A stretch of 31,283 nt of DNA from Fibrobacteria bacterium (GCA_050486505.1 JBJHDK010000024.1:1-31283), one strand, 5' to 3'. Positions 10,452 to 21,534 are shown, counted from the stretch's first letter. Program-made: numbers and translations. Notes: generated by a model from the letters alone, not told the origin.

Positions 10452-11080
10452 GCGGAGCAGTCCGTTCTGGTCTGGACGTTGTACATCTTCATGAACTCCC
10501 TCCCGAGTTCCGCAGGATCGCCCTCAGGCTTCCATCCGAGGTCGGTCACGAGATCCTTGTTACGAATGCGCGGTGCCGGATTCCGGTGGCAGTCGAGGCA
10601 CCAGCTCATGCTGAGCGGGGCCACGGCACGAACTTCTTCCATCTGGTCGACACGGCCGTGGCATTCGACGCAGCTGACCCCCTTGTTGACGTGCGCGCTG
10701 TGGTCGAAGTAGGCGAAGTCGGCGAGCTTGTGGACACGTACCCATTGAATGGGGAGGCCGGCTTCATGGGCATCGAGAATTTTGCGGATTTCGGGGGAGT
10801 CCGTTTTGACCAAGGAGTGGCAGTTCAGGCAGGTTTCCGTGGGGGGGACACCGGCGTGGCGTCCCTGCTCCACATTGTAGTGGCAATAACGACAGTCCAG
10901 GCCGAGGTCACCCGCATGCAGTTTGTGGCTGAAAGCGATTGGCTGAACCGGCTGGTAACCCACGACATAGTGCTTGGGAGAAGCCCAGTAGGTAATCGCG
11001 AAAACAAGGAAAGCGGTGATCAGAACCACGGATGCCAACAAGATGACCGGTATCTTATTGGACCATTTCGGGAAGAGCAT
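10439..11080 (-). CDS. actA: Alternative complex III subunit ActA, pentaheme cytochrome c
   Basis: Five CxxCH motifs (CRYCH, CLNCH, CVECH, CLDCH, CSACH), QPIAFSHKLHAG, N-terminal TM. ATG 11080 has GGAG 9 nt upstream. Confidence 0.96.
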   Translation of the reverse strand: MLFPKWSNKIPVILLASVVLITAFLVFAITYWASPKHYVVGYQPVQPIAFSHKLHAGDLGLDCRYCHYNVEQGRHAGVPPTETCLNCHSLVKTDSPEIRKILDAHEAGLPIQWVRVHKLADFAYFDHSAHVNKGVSCVECHGRVDQMEEVRAVAPLSMSWCLDCHRNPAPRIRNKDLVTDLGWKPEGDPAELGREFMKMYNVQTRTDCSACHR

Positions 11081-11191
11081 TCGGCTTTTCTCCAGCAGCA
11101 CGATCCGCGGATGTCGGCAGTTTGCGGGCTTTTGCCGCTCGCGCCGGGCTTCGGGTTCGCTTCAGGGTGTTCGTTTCAAAAAGCGAGGCGA

Positions 11192-11220
11192 AAGTTAAAT
11201 CGCGCGCATGCCCCATTCAA
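11192..11220 (-). promoter_or_regulatory. Putative sigma70 promoter of the act-cox operon
   Basis: Minus strand TTGAAT (11220-11215), 17 nt, TAACTT (11197-11192), about 110 nt upstream of the actA start. Confidence 0.6.
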
Positions 11221-11253
11221 GTAACGCACGCTAAAAAAACATGATTTTCAAGG

Positions 11254-11272
11254 ATTGAGAATTATTCTCAAT
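11254..11272. promoter_or_regulatory. Perfect 9-1-9 palindrome, Fur-box-like operator
   Basis: ATTGAGAAT-T-ATTCTCAAT, in the AT-rich ctaB-actA intergenic region. Confidence 0.7.
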
Positions 11273-11286
11273 ATCTGGCATGCGCA

Positions 11287-12192
11287 TCAGCCTACGAACA
11301 GGAGACGCTTGTCCAAGGCCATGGCAATCAGGACGATGGGCAGGTAGGCAAGGGACCAAAAGAAGACATGAACCGCGGCGGCTCGCGTCCGGCTGAGGCG
11401 CAGCCGGCGAGCAAGCCAGAGCATGACGCCACCCGAAAGCAGTGCCACGGACAGATACACTTCTCCGGCAAGGCCGTAGATCCATGGAAAAGTCGAGACG
11501 ACAAGGAGGAGGAGACTTTGCAGCCAAACCTGCCGGAAGCAGGTTTCACCGGAATCGTCGACGAGGCTGAGCATGCGGTAGCCTCCGCGGCGATAGTCGT
11601 CCTTGTACATCCACGCAAGTGCCAGAAAGTGGGGGAGTTGCCAGAAAAAAAGCAAAGCGAACAACAGCATTCCACCGACGCCGATATGGTTCTGCGCAGC
11701 GGTCCATCCCATCAGGGGCGGCAGCGCGCCCGGAATGCCCCCGACGAGCGTGTTGAACGTGGTGAGCCGCTTGAGCGGCGTATAGACCGCGGCGTACAAT
11801 GCGACGGTCAGAACGCCGAGGAATGCGGTAAGGAGATTGACGAATTGCCAGAGCAACAGGGCTCCGGCACCGCAGGTGACGAGGCCTGCGATCCATGCCG
11901 CACCGAGGCTGAGTCTGCTGGACGGCAGGGGGCGCATGCGGGTGCGCTCCATCGCTCCGTCGTGGCGGATTTCAATGGCCTGGTTGAAGGAGAAGGCGGA
12001 AGCCGCAAGGAGTCCCGTTCCGGCAAGTGTCCAAAAAAGAAGCGCCCACTGGAAGTCGAGGCCGGAGCCCATGTAAAACCCCACGACCGTGGTGATCAGG
12101 ATGTGCAGTGTCATGCGGAGCTTGAACAGCTCGATCAAGGCGGCGGTGCGAGCCAGAAGGCCGTTGTTGGGGGGCTCCGTGGGAGACGTCAT
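11287..12192 (-). CDS. ctaB: Protoheme IX farnesyltransferase (heme O synthase)
   Basis: ELFKLR, NQAIE..HDGAMERTRMRPLPS, YTPLKR, GGIPGALPPLMGW, FWQLPHFLALA..YKDDY. Start re-called to ATG 12192. Confidence 0.95.
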   Translation of the reverse strand: MTSPTEPPNNGLLARTAALIELFKLRMTLHILITTVVGFYMGSGLDFQWALLFWTLAGTGLLAASAFSFNQAIEIRHDGAMERTRMRPLPSSRLSLGAAWIAGLVTCGAGALLLWQFVNLLTAFLGVLTVALYAAVYTPLKRLTTFNTLVGGIPGALPPLMGWTAAQNHIGVGGMLLFALLFFWQLPHFLALAWMYKDDYRRGGYRMLSLVDDSGETCFRQVWLQSLLLLVVSTFPWIYGLAGEVYLSVALLSGGVMLWLARRLRLSRTRAAAVHVFFWSLAYLPIVLIAMALDKRLLFVG

Positions 12193-12281
12193 CTGGGAGG
12201 GTTCGGAAGCGGCTGGAAGAAAAGGTTCATGGGAGGGAGGGAAATCTAGCAACCCCCTGTTTCGGGCGCGCCGCGTGAATG

Positions 12282-12315
12282 AAAAAGCCCCCCGTCCGGT
12301 CAAGGACGAGGGGCC
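12282..12315 (-). terminator. Intrinsic terminator of the 12360-13877 gene
   Basis: Minus strand GCCCCTCGTCC-TTGACC-GGACGGGGGGC-TTTTT, about 45 nt after the stop. Confidence 0.8.
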
Positions 12316-12359
12316 CTCGGGAGACCCCCGTCTCCCTCTCCCTCCCTGGAGGTGCGGAT

Positions 12360-13877
12360 TTAGTGGATCGCGATCCGGGTGGCGGCCGTACCGCGGTCGG
12401 GTGTCGTCACACGAAGGACGTAATTGCCCGTGGTCAGCCCCGTGGCCTCAATCGCCCGGCTGGAGGCTCCTCCCAGTGCTGCTTGCGAGAACACAGTGCG
12501 ACCGTTCAGGTCGGTGATGAGGACGCGGTAAGCGCCTTGTTCGGGAGTTGGCACGCGAACGATGCCCGCCTCGACCCTGATGCCGGGAAGCATCCCGTTG
12601 CGGCCACTGCCGGGGAGAATCGAAACGGGTGTCTTGCATGGCGCCTGGTCATCGATCAGGGTCAGGAACTCCACGGAGTGCTGCGGGTCGTATTCGGCGT
12701 AACCCGGATCAGTACAGCCGACGTAATCGCGGGCGAGATACTTCATCAGCCGCCAGTTGTACTTCTGCATCAGGCTGTCGTTCACCGTTGTGCCGCCGAC
12801 ATTGCGAGTCCTGATGAAGACGTCGCCATGGCCGGCATTGTTGTATGCCGCGAGGCCGAAACCGACCGTGCGCGTCCATGAGATCGGGCGGTCGCCCGTC
12901 TTGCAGGGAGAAGCAGTATTGCATCCCACGCTGTTGGGTTGGGATGTTTCGTCGAGGCTCAGCAGAATGTTGATGGGTCCGTAGACCGGGCCACCCTGGA
13001 TCCCGTAAGTGGTTCCCGCGACGTTGTTTTCACGACGGGGATGGTTGCGGTAGTTGTACCACTCGTCCCACAGGGCGTCCCAGATGTGGCGGCTGGTCGC
13101 CGTGGGCCCGGTTCCGCCGTTCATGGGAAGTTGCTGCCGGGGGTCGGTGATGCCGATGGTTTCAATATCGGCGAAGATGTTCTTCGTCTCGAGATTGGTT
13201 TTGCCGTGGTTGATGGTGGCGGGCTGGATGTCGACGCCGATCGCATTGGGCGGAATCTGTCCGATCTGAACCGAGTCCACGTAAATGCGGGCAGTCGCGT
13301 TCGAGGAGTGGTTGTTGTGCTGCCAGAATTGCGTCCTGTACGCGCGGAGGAACCACCGGCAGTTCGTGTTCGTCATGTCCTCGTTCGGGCATGGAATGAA
13401 TGCCAGCGCCGCGTGGGTCGCAAGCATCGACTTGCCCTCAAGCTCGATGAAGTTGCGGACAGCCTGCAACGAAGTGCTGTTCTGCAGCGGATCCTGGTCG
13501 CCATTGTTGAAGACGATGATGTCGACGCCCTGGAGGGTTTGCGGAGTGATGTAGGTCTGTAGCTGGCTCCGGTCGAGGCGGAAACCGTAGTCTCTTGCAA
13601 GGCGCAACATTTGGCGCTGTGTATGCCCGCGGTTGTGGCCTCCTGCGGTCCAGTCGTAGAGCAGGACATGCCTGATGTTGGTTTTGGCCGCGACGTTGAC
13701 GTCTTCATTGTACGCACAAACGCTGGGCGAAGCGCCGGCATTCGCGCTGACCTCGGCCGCCGTCGTGAATGCCTGGCAGTTCGGACCTTGTTGGGCAAGC
13801 GCGGCTCCCGCCCCCAAGCCGCCGAAGACCAGCACGGCGACTGCGATGGTGGAGTTGATTCCGTTCGGTGATTTCAT
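12360..13877 (-). CDS. Secreted ThuA-like domain protein with T9SS-type C-terminal sorting-like domain
   Basis: Signal peptide (ALA|Q), AGGAGG SD, ThuA-like motifs DIIVFNN, DEWYNY, GDRPISWTR, YNNAGH; GCTDPGYAEYDP linker; tail with ITDLNGRTV and LTTGNYVLRV. Confidence 0.7.
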   Translation of the reverse strand: MKSPNGINSTIAVAVLVFGGLGAGAALAQQGPNCQAFTTAAEVSANAGASPSVCAYNEDVNVAAKTNIRHVLLYDWTAGGHNRGHTQRQMLRLARDYGFRLDRSQLQTYITPQTLQGVDIIVFNNGDQDPLQNSTSLQAVRNFIELEGKSMLATHAALAFIPCPNEDMTNTNCRWFLRAYRTQFWQHNNHSSNATARIYVDSVQIGQIPPNAIGVDIQPATINHGKTNLETKNIFADIETIGITDPRQQLPMNGGTGPTATSRHIWDALWDEWYNYRNHPRRENNVAGTTYGIQGGPVYGPINILLSLDETSQPNSVGCNTASPCKTGDRPISWTRTVGFGLAAYNNAGHGDVFIRTRNVGGTTVNDSLMQKYNWRLMKYLARDYVGCTDPGYAEYDPQHSVEFLTLIDDQAPCKTPVSILPGSGRNGMLPGIRVEAGIVRVPTPEQGAYRVLITDLNGRTVFSQAALGGASSRAIEATGLTTGNYVLRVTTPDRGTAATRIAIH

Positions 13878-13906
13878 GGTGGGACCTCCTGAATAACTGT
13901 ACTCTT

Positions 13907-13935
13907 ATATTATCAGGCAAATTTTTAAAAGTCAA
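13907..13935 (-). promoter_or_regulatory. Near-consensus sigma70 promoter of the ThuA-like gene
   Basis: TTGACT (13935-13930), 17 nt, TAATAT (13912-13907) preceded by TGn; SD at 13890-13885. Confidence 0.7.
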
Positions 13936-14076
13936 CAGAAAAATCACTCATCTTAATTTTTAAAGCAAAAATTGTATCATAAAATGATGATTATTTGTGG
14001 GCATTGCATCAGTGCCGATTCAGCTCAAAATCGCCGAAACCGTCATCATGCGTGACAGTTGCGCACGCCAAAACGC

Positions 14077-14115
14077 AAAAAACCCCCGGCCGCCTCAAAC
14101 GACCGGGGGTTTTTT
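14077..14115. terminator. Intrinsic terminator (A/T tracts on both sides) downstream of the peroxiredoxin
   Basis: AAAAAACCCCCGGCCG-CCTCAAA-CGACCGGGGGTTTTTT, about 15 nt past the stop at 14130. Confidence 0.85.
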
Positions 14116-14129
14116 CAAAAAAACGACGC

Positions 14130-14717
14130 TTACTTGCCGCCGAGGTATCCGCTCACGCTCTCGAGAGTGGCCTTCATGGCCTTCTTGTCCTTGGTCCAGT
14201 TCGCGGGGCACACTTCGCCGTGCTTTTCGCTGTACTGCAGCGCATCGAGGAGGCGGAGAACTTCTTCGACGTTGCGTCCGATCGGGCGGTGATGCACGAC
14301 CTGGGCCTGAACCACGCCCTGCTTGTCGATCACGAAGGAGGCGCGGTAAGTGATTCCCGCGTCCTCGTCGAGAACGTCGTAGGCACGCGAGACGCGCTTG
14401 TGGATGTCAGCGATGATCGGGTAGGTCACGCCTTCGATGCCGCCTTCCTTCTTGGGAGTCCGCAGCCAGGCCATATGCGAGTGCGCCGAGTCGACGGAGC
14501 AGCCGAGCACGACGGCGTCGCGGCTTTCGAACTCCTTCAGGGCTTCCTCGAAAGCGTGGATCTCGGTGGGACAGACGAAGGTGAAGTCGAGCGGGTAGAA
14601 AAAGAGGATGACGTACTTCTTGCCCTTGTACTGCGACAGGGAAAGCTGTTGGACGGACTGGCCGACGGCCGCGTCCTCGGTGAAGTCAGGGGCTGCTTTG
14701 CCGACGAGAACTGCCAT
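14130..14717 (-). CDS. ahpC: Typical 2-Cys peroxiredoxin (AhpC/Prx1 family)
   Basis: FFYPLDFTFVCPTE, GEVCPANW. Start re-called to ATG 14717 (MAVLVGKAAPDF) with SD AAAGGA. Confidence 0.95.
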   Translation of the reverse strand: MAVLVGKAAPDFTEDAAVGQSVQQLSLSQYKGKKYVILFFYPLDFTFVCPTEIHAFEEALKEFESRDAVVLGCSVDSAHSHMAWLRTPKKEGGIEGVTYPIIADIHKRVSRAYDVLDEDAGITYRASFVIDKQGVVQAQVVHHRPIGRNVEEVLRLLDALQYSEKHGEVCPANWTKDKKAMKATLESVSGYLGGK

Positions 14718-14853
14718 GATGAAATCCTTTCGATGGGGGTGACTGCGAGACGCTGAATATAGCAAGCGGGCGCGCGTCTCGCGCGTTCTGCTCGGGCCGA
14801 TCGCGCCGCCTTCGGAGCTGACGCGCTCCGGACGGGCGGAGGCTTTCCCGCAA

Positions 14854-15606
14854 TCAGTCCGCGCGTCGCAGGCGGAGGTGGCGCCCCCCTTCGGGGCCAT
14901 GTAGCGAGGGCTTCCACTGGTGCCGTTCGAGAAGGTTCGCCGCACCCTTCCAGAAAGTTTCGGTTTGCACCGGTTCGTGAACAGAAACGATTCCATTCGA
15001 TGCAATGAACGATTTGAGAGGCGCAAGTTTTTCCGCGATGCCGTAACGCGCCTCGACTTCGTCCGGGAGTGCGGGTGCGGATGCGTTGGCGGGATCGGAG
15101 AGCCACCCGTCTTCGTCGGCATGCACCTCGCCGAGGCTGTCGGCGCAAAGGATCAGGTCGAAGCGCGGCGGGGGAGCCGCACTTGCGGGGTCGAAAATCG
15201 TGAACCCCTTCGAGGCCAGCGTCTTCAGCGAGACGGGGGAGAGGTCGGCAACGAATACCTTGGCATCGAGTGCATCCCGCAGATACCCCCCCAAAAAACC
15301 GCCGCCGGCTCCGAAATCGAGGATCGTTGCTCCGTGGAGTGCCGCACCCTGCAAACTTTCCGCGATGCGGACAAGGCGTTGGAAGCGGTAGCAGGCGAGA
15401 AGATCGTGCAGGCCATGCTCCGCGACGAAGTCGTAGAAACTCCTGCAGGTATGCTGCGCGGGGTAGGCGATAAAAGCACGATGCAATCTGGCGAAGCGGT
15501 GCGCGTCGGCGGAAGCAAAGCGGGCATCAACGGCAGCCAGAACGCCCTGCCAGGTCATGGGAGCGAGTCCTTGGCGGCGAAAGCTTTCCTCCGGAGAATC
15601 AGGCAT
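14854..15606 (-). CDS. Class I SAM-dependent methyltransferase-like protein
   Basis: Motif I ILDFGAGGG, acidic residue in VADLS, FDLILC; fills the gap between prx and glgP. Start probably ATG 15606. Confidence 0.75.
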   Translation of the reverse strand: MPDSPEESFRRQGLAPMTWQGVLAAVDARFASADAHRFARLHRAFIAYPAQHTCRSFYDFVAEHGLHDLLACYRFQRLVRIAESLQGAALHGATILDFGAGGGFLGGYLRDALDAKVFVADLSPVSLKTLASKGFTIFDPASAAPPPRFDLILCADSLGEVHADEDGWLSDPANASAPALPDEVEARYGIAEKLAPLKSFIASNGIVSVHEPVQTETFWKGAANLLERHQWKPSLHGPEGGRHLRLRRAD

Positions 15607-15717
15607 GGGGTGGCAAGATGCAAAATGGCGGCAACGCACCGTCTTCGTGCTGATGAAAATGGCGCATTTGCTATGCTTGGGCCAGCCCGCCGCACCGTTT
15701 CAGAGGGAGTTCCGCTT

Positions 15718-18230
<2,513 letters not shown>

Positions 18231-18234
<4 letters not shown>

Positions 18235-19409
18235 AGTCAATCCCGATGACAGACACCATCATCATCTCGAACGTTTCGGACGATCCCTTTGCAATCGATC
18301 TCGCCCACATGTGCGGGCAGGTCGAGGAGATCGCCGACCTGATTTCGCTGAAGGTTTACGCGAACACCGAGTTTTGTCCGCGCTACATCAGCGACGAGGG
18401 CAACCTGGATGCCATCGGTCGTTCCCTCGAGGGCAAGACCGTGGTGATTTGCTCCGCGGCCACCAGCGACAGTCGCGGCTCCCTCGCAATGCGAACGTTG
18501 ATGTTGGCCCGCGGCGCGAAGGAGAATGGCGCGCGCAAGGTGATCCTGATCGAGCCGGATCTTTTTTTCTCGGCCCAGGATCGCGGCCCTCACCGTGGTG
18601 AGGGTGAGGAGGATCGCCCCCTTGAAGATCTCAAGAAATTCGATGGGCAGCCGTTCACGGCGAAGCTTTATGCAGAACTCCTTAAGTACTCGGGAATCGA
18701 TGCAGTCATCACCGTGCACAACCACAGCGCAAAGGTGCAGACCTTGTTCGGGCGCGCATTCGGCGGAGAGTTTTACAACCTGATCCCCGACGAGGTCTAC
18801 GCCGATTACCTGAAATATTCGGACATGGTTGTCACGGGAAAGGATGGTGACAACCTCGTGTTGTGCGCCCCCGACATGGGCGCGCTTCCGTTTGTCCATC
18901 AGGTGCGCGAGTCCATGGGCCTGTCCCGGGTTCCGTGCATTGTCATGGAAAAGTCCCGCACCGGCGAGCGTCAGGTGACCATGGCGGTGAGCGAGCGTTC
19001 GGATGTGCGCCTCGAGGATCTGGCCGGCAAGGACGTGATTATCCTCGACGATATGGTGCGCACTGGCTCGACGGTGGTTGAATGCTGCCGTTTGCTGCGA
19101 GAAGGAAACCCTCACAAAATCGTATTCGGTGTCACGCATTTTTACTCCTCGCCAGAGGGGCGCGAGAACCTGAATTCTCCTGCCTTGGACGAGATCCTGT
19201 CCCTGAACACCATCCCCTCGATTCTGAACCGCGACAGCCAGGGACGCCTGCGCAAGAAAATGGTCGTGCTCAAAATCGAAAAATGGATCGCCCGCTTCCT
19301 CTTGGGAAAACTCGGGAAAAACGTCGCGAAGTTCGATCGGGACTTTTATTCCGTCGACATGTCCTCGAAGAATCCGCGCTGGCGCCCCGGAACGTCCGCA
19401 GGCCGGTGA
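18231..19409 (+). CDS. Atypical ribose-phosphate pyrophosphokinase-like protein
   Basis: AQDR, CAPDMGA, PRPP-binding loop IILDDMVRTGST, VTH, LNTIP. Start overlaps the glgP stop (ATGA); alternative ATG at 18246. Confidence 0.8.
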
Positions 19410-19487
19410 AAACGGGCCTCCCGACCACTGATTTCTAGTTTGTCGGTTCGCGGGAGGCCTTCTCCCGCACGATGAGATTGGCGCATC

Positions 19488-20372
19488 ATGGATTTTTCAG
19501 CACTGCGGGCGGAGATGAAGAAGGGCGATCCGGAGAACCTTCGGGGCAAGCTCATCGCCTACGTTCACGTGGATTCGACGCAGGAGCCGCGCATGCCCGG
19601 CGAGGAAGCCTCGCCATTGGAGGGGCTTGTCCGCAACGGCATTCTCGCCGTTCAGGCAAACTATGTGGATCAACGCAACATCCGGGACTTCTTCAAAAAG
19701 GAGTTCGGTATCTCTCTTGAGAAGGGGATCGAGGAGGTCATCGAGCAGGCGCGGGAAACCGGTGGGCTCGAGGGAGCACTTGATCCGGATGCTGTCAAGG
19801 AACGTCTTGATTCGATGAAGAACGCCGACTTTATTCCCATTCCCGCGAAGGTCGCCTTTTTCCAGGACGAACAGGAAATGCTTTCACAGGATGCCGACGT
19901 GTATTGCCTGGGCAGGTTTTCGGTATTGAGCCATGCGCACTTGTGCGTCAATTCGTTCCCGATCCTCTATCAGGCCTATTATCGCGAGCAGGAGCACCAG
20001 ACCGTCGAGCTCGAGATCAGCGCCCTGCTGCGCACCATCGAGGGGCCGAAGCCCCAGTCCACACCCGCCGAGCCGCTCCCGGAGAACTGGAAGCAGCATC
20101 TTCTCACGGTTCTCATTCCCCGCATGATTTACACGCGTGATCCCGGTGGGGAGGAGCATGCCAAGTCCGTCGAAGAGTTCCGTTCCTTCATGGAGAGCTT
20201 CGGGCAGCCGGATGACACGGAGTCGGTGCTTGCCTTGATCGAAAAAAGCGAGAACTTTGACGCGCCGACCTTGCGGAAGCTGGAATTGCTCGTTTCGAAG
20301 GTCGAGGCGCTCCAGCAGGAGAATTATGAGAAGCTGGAAGCGATCAGGAACGAGCTGAAGGAGATGGACTGA
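19488..20372 (+). CDS. Hypothetical cytoplasmic protein with C-terminal UVR (UvrB/C)-like coiled coil
   Basis: 294-aa acidic ORF with gene-like codon usage; ends EALQQENYEKLEAIRNELKEMD. Confidence 0.75.
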   Translation: MDFSALRAEMKKGDPENLRGKLIAYVHVDSTQEPRMPGEEASPLEGLVRNGILAVQANYVDQRNIRDFFKKEFGISLEKGIEEVIEQARETGGLEGALDPDAVKERLDSMKNADFIPIPAKVAFFQDEQEMLSQDADVYCLGRFSVLSHAHLCVNSFPILYQAYYREQEHQTVELEISALLRTIEGPKPQSTPAEPLPENWKQHLLTVLIPRMIYTRDPGGEEHAKSVEEFRSFMESFGQPDDTESVLALIEKSENFDAPTLRKLELLVSKVEALQQENYEKLEAIRNELKEMD

Positions 20373-21099
20373 GTCCGTCTCCGTGCGTCTTGAGTTCGCA
20401 TTCTCCGTCTCTCATTTCCACGTACTCGAGCCGGCGCAGCCACTCTCCCGTGTTGACATAGACCCCTTCGGGCAGTTTTTTCACGTATCCTGCGTGGATG
20501 TGGCCGTGGATGAGGATGTCGTATCGTCCGTTGCCCAGCAGGCGGCGGGCCTCGGTTTCGTAGGCGTGAAGGTCGGGCGGGCTGTGGCGGGCACGCGAAA
20601 GCATTCCGACCTTCAGGGCGATGCGCATTCCCAGGTCGGGGTGCAGCAGCTTCCACGCGCCGTTTGCCAGGGGATGGTGCAGCACCCGGCGCACCATGCG
20701 GTACTTCCGTTCACCCGGAAGCATCCCGTCTCCGTGGAGCAGAAAAAGCTTCTTCCCTTGTAGCTCGATGTTGAAGGGGTCGTCATGCGTGATGATGCCG
20801 AGTTGCTCCCGAAAGAAGCTTCCGAGATTGAAGTCGTGGTTGCCGCGCAGGTAGTGGATTTCCACGCCGGACCCGCGCAGGGTGTCGAGCGCGGAGAGCA
20901 CCCCGAAATGATGCTTGGGGATGAAGTGACGGTACTCCATCCAGAACTCGAAGATGTCGCCCAGCAAAAAAAGATGGGATGCCCGTCCTTGCAGCCCGCG
21001 GAGCCATCTCTCGAATGCCTTCTCGCGTCCGGGGGCGGCCCCGGACCATGGGGTTCCGAGGTGCAGGTCGGAAATGAAAAACGCGCTGGAGGGGGGCAT
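20344..21099 (-). CDS. lpxH: LpxH-like metallophosphoesterase (UDP-2,3-diacylglucosamine hydrolase family)
   Basis: FISDLHLG, LLGDIFEFW, GNHDF, LHGD, IHGHIH, NTGEW. Start re-called to ATG 21099; 3' end overlaps the convergent gene by 29 nt. Confidence 0.85.
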   Translation of the reverse strand: MPPSSAFFISDLHLGTPWSGAAPGREKAFERWLRGLQGRASHLFLLGDIFEFWMEYRHFIPKHHFGVLSALDTLRGSGVEIHYLRGNHDFNLGSFFREQLGIITHDDPFNIELQGKKLFLLHGDGMLPGERKYRMVRRVLHHPLANGAWKLLHPDLGMRIALKVGMLSRARHSPPDLHAYETEARRLLGNGRYDILIHGHIHAGYVKKLPEGVYVNTGEWLRRLEYVEMRDGECELKTHGDGLSPSPSARS

Positions 21100-21222
21100 A
21101 CCGGGGTAATGTACTTTCGGGTCGAAGCGACGCCTCGCCCATGCGCTTCGGTGGGAGCGATTTTCGGGTCGAGGCGGCTCCTCGCCCATACATTTCGGTC
21201 GCATCGATTATTTTGTGGGCCC

Positions 21223-21534
21223 ATGCTCGAAGCCGCCACGCCGCACAAACTCCACATTCTCATCTGCACCAATGCCCGTCACGACGGAACACCGTCATGC
21301 GGTGACTCCGGCGAAGCACAACGCGTTTTTGAGAATCTCAAGGCACGTCTGAAGGCTGCCAAGCTTCCCGTTCGCGTGTCGCGCACGGGATGCCTCGGCC
21401 CTTGCGCGCAAGGGCCGAACGTGATGTGTTATCCACACGGCCTGTGGCTGCAAGGGGTGGAGGAGGGGGATCTCCCCGCCATCGAGGCCCGTGTCAGGGG
21501 ACTTCTGGCGGGTGGGGAAGCGATCCAGGAATGA
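21223..21534 (+). CDS. Thioredoxin-like [2Fe-2S] ferredoxin
   Basis: HILICTNAR...PSCG, RVSRTGCLGPCAQGPNVMCYP.G.W. Start re-called to ATG 21223. Confidence 0.88.
   Translation: MLEAATPHKLHILICTNARHDGTPSCGDSGEAQRVFENLKARLKAAKLPVRVSRTGCLGPCAQGPNVMCYPHGLWLQGVEEGDLPAIEARVRGLLAGGEAIQE

Noticed and set aside
14718..15122. N-terminal extension of the peroxiredoxin (330-aa ORF)
   Set aside because: Arg/Ser/Pro-rich off-frame read through the methyltransferase; the true start at 14717 has an SD and promoter.
14920..15717. Apparent 266-aa N-terminal extension of GlgP (1104-aa ORF)
   Set aside because: It is the stop-free antisense of the methyltransferase. Phosphorylase-like sequence, the SD and the -10 all point to ATG 15718.
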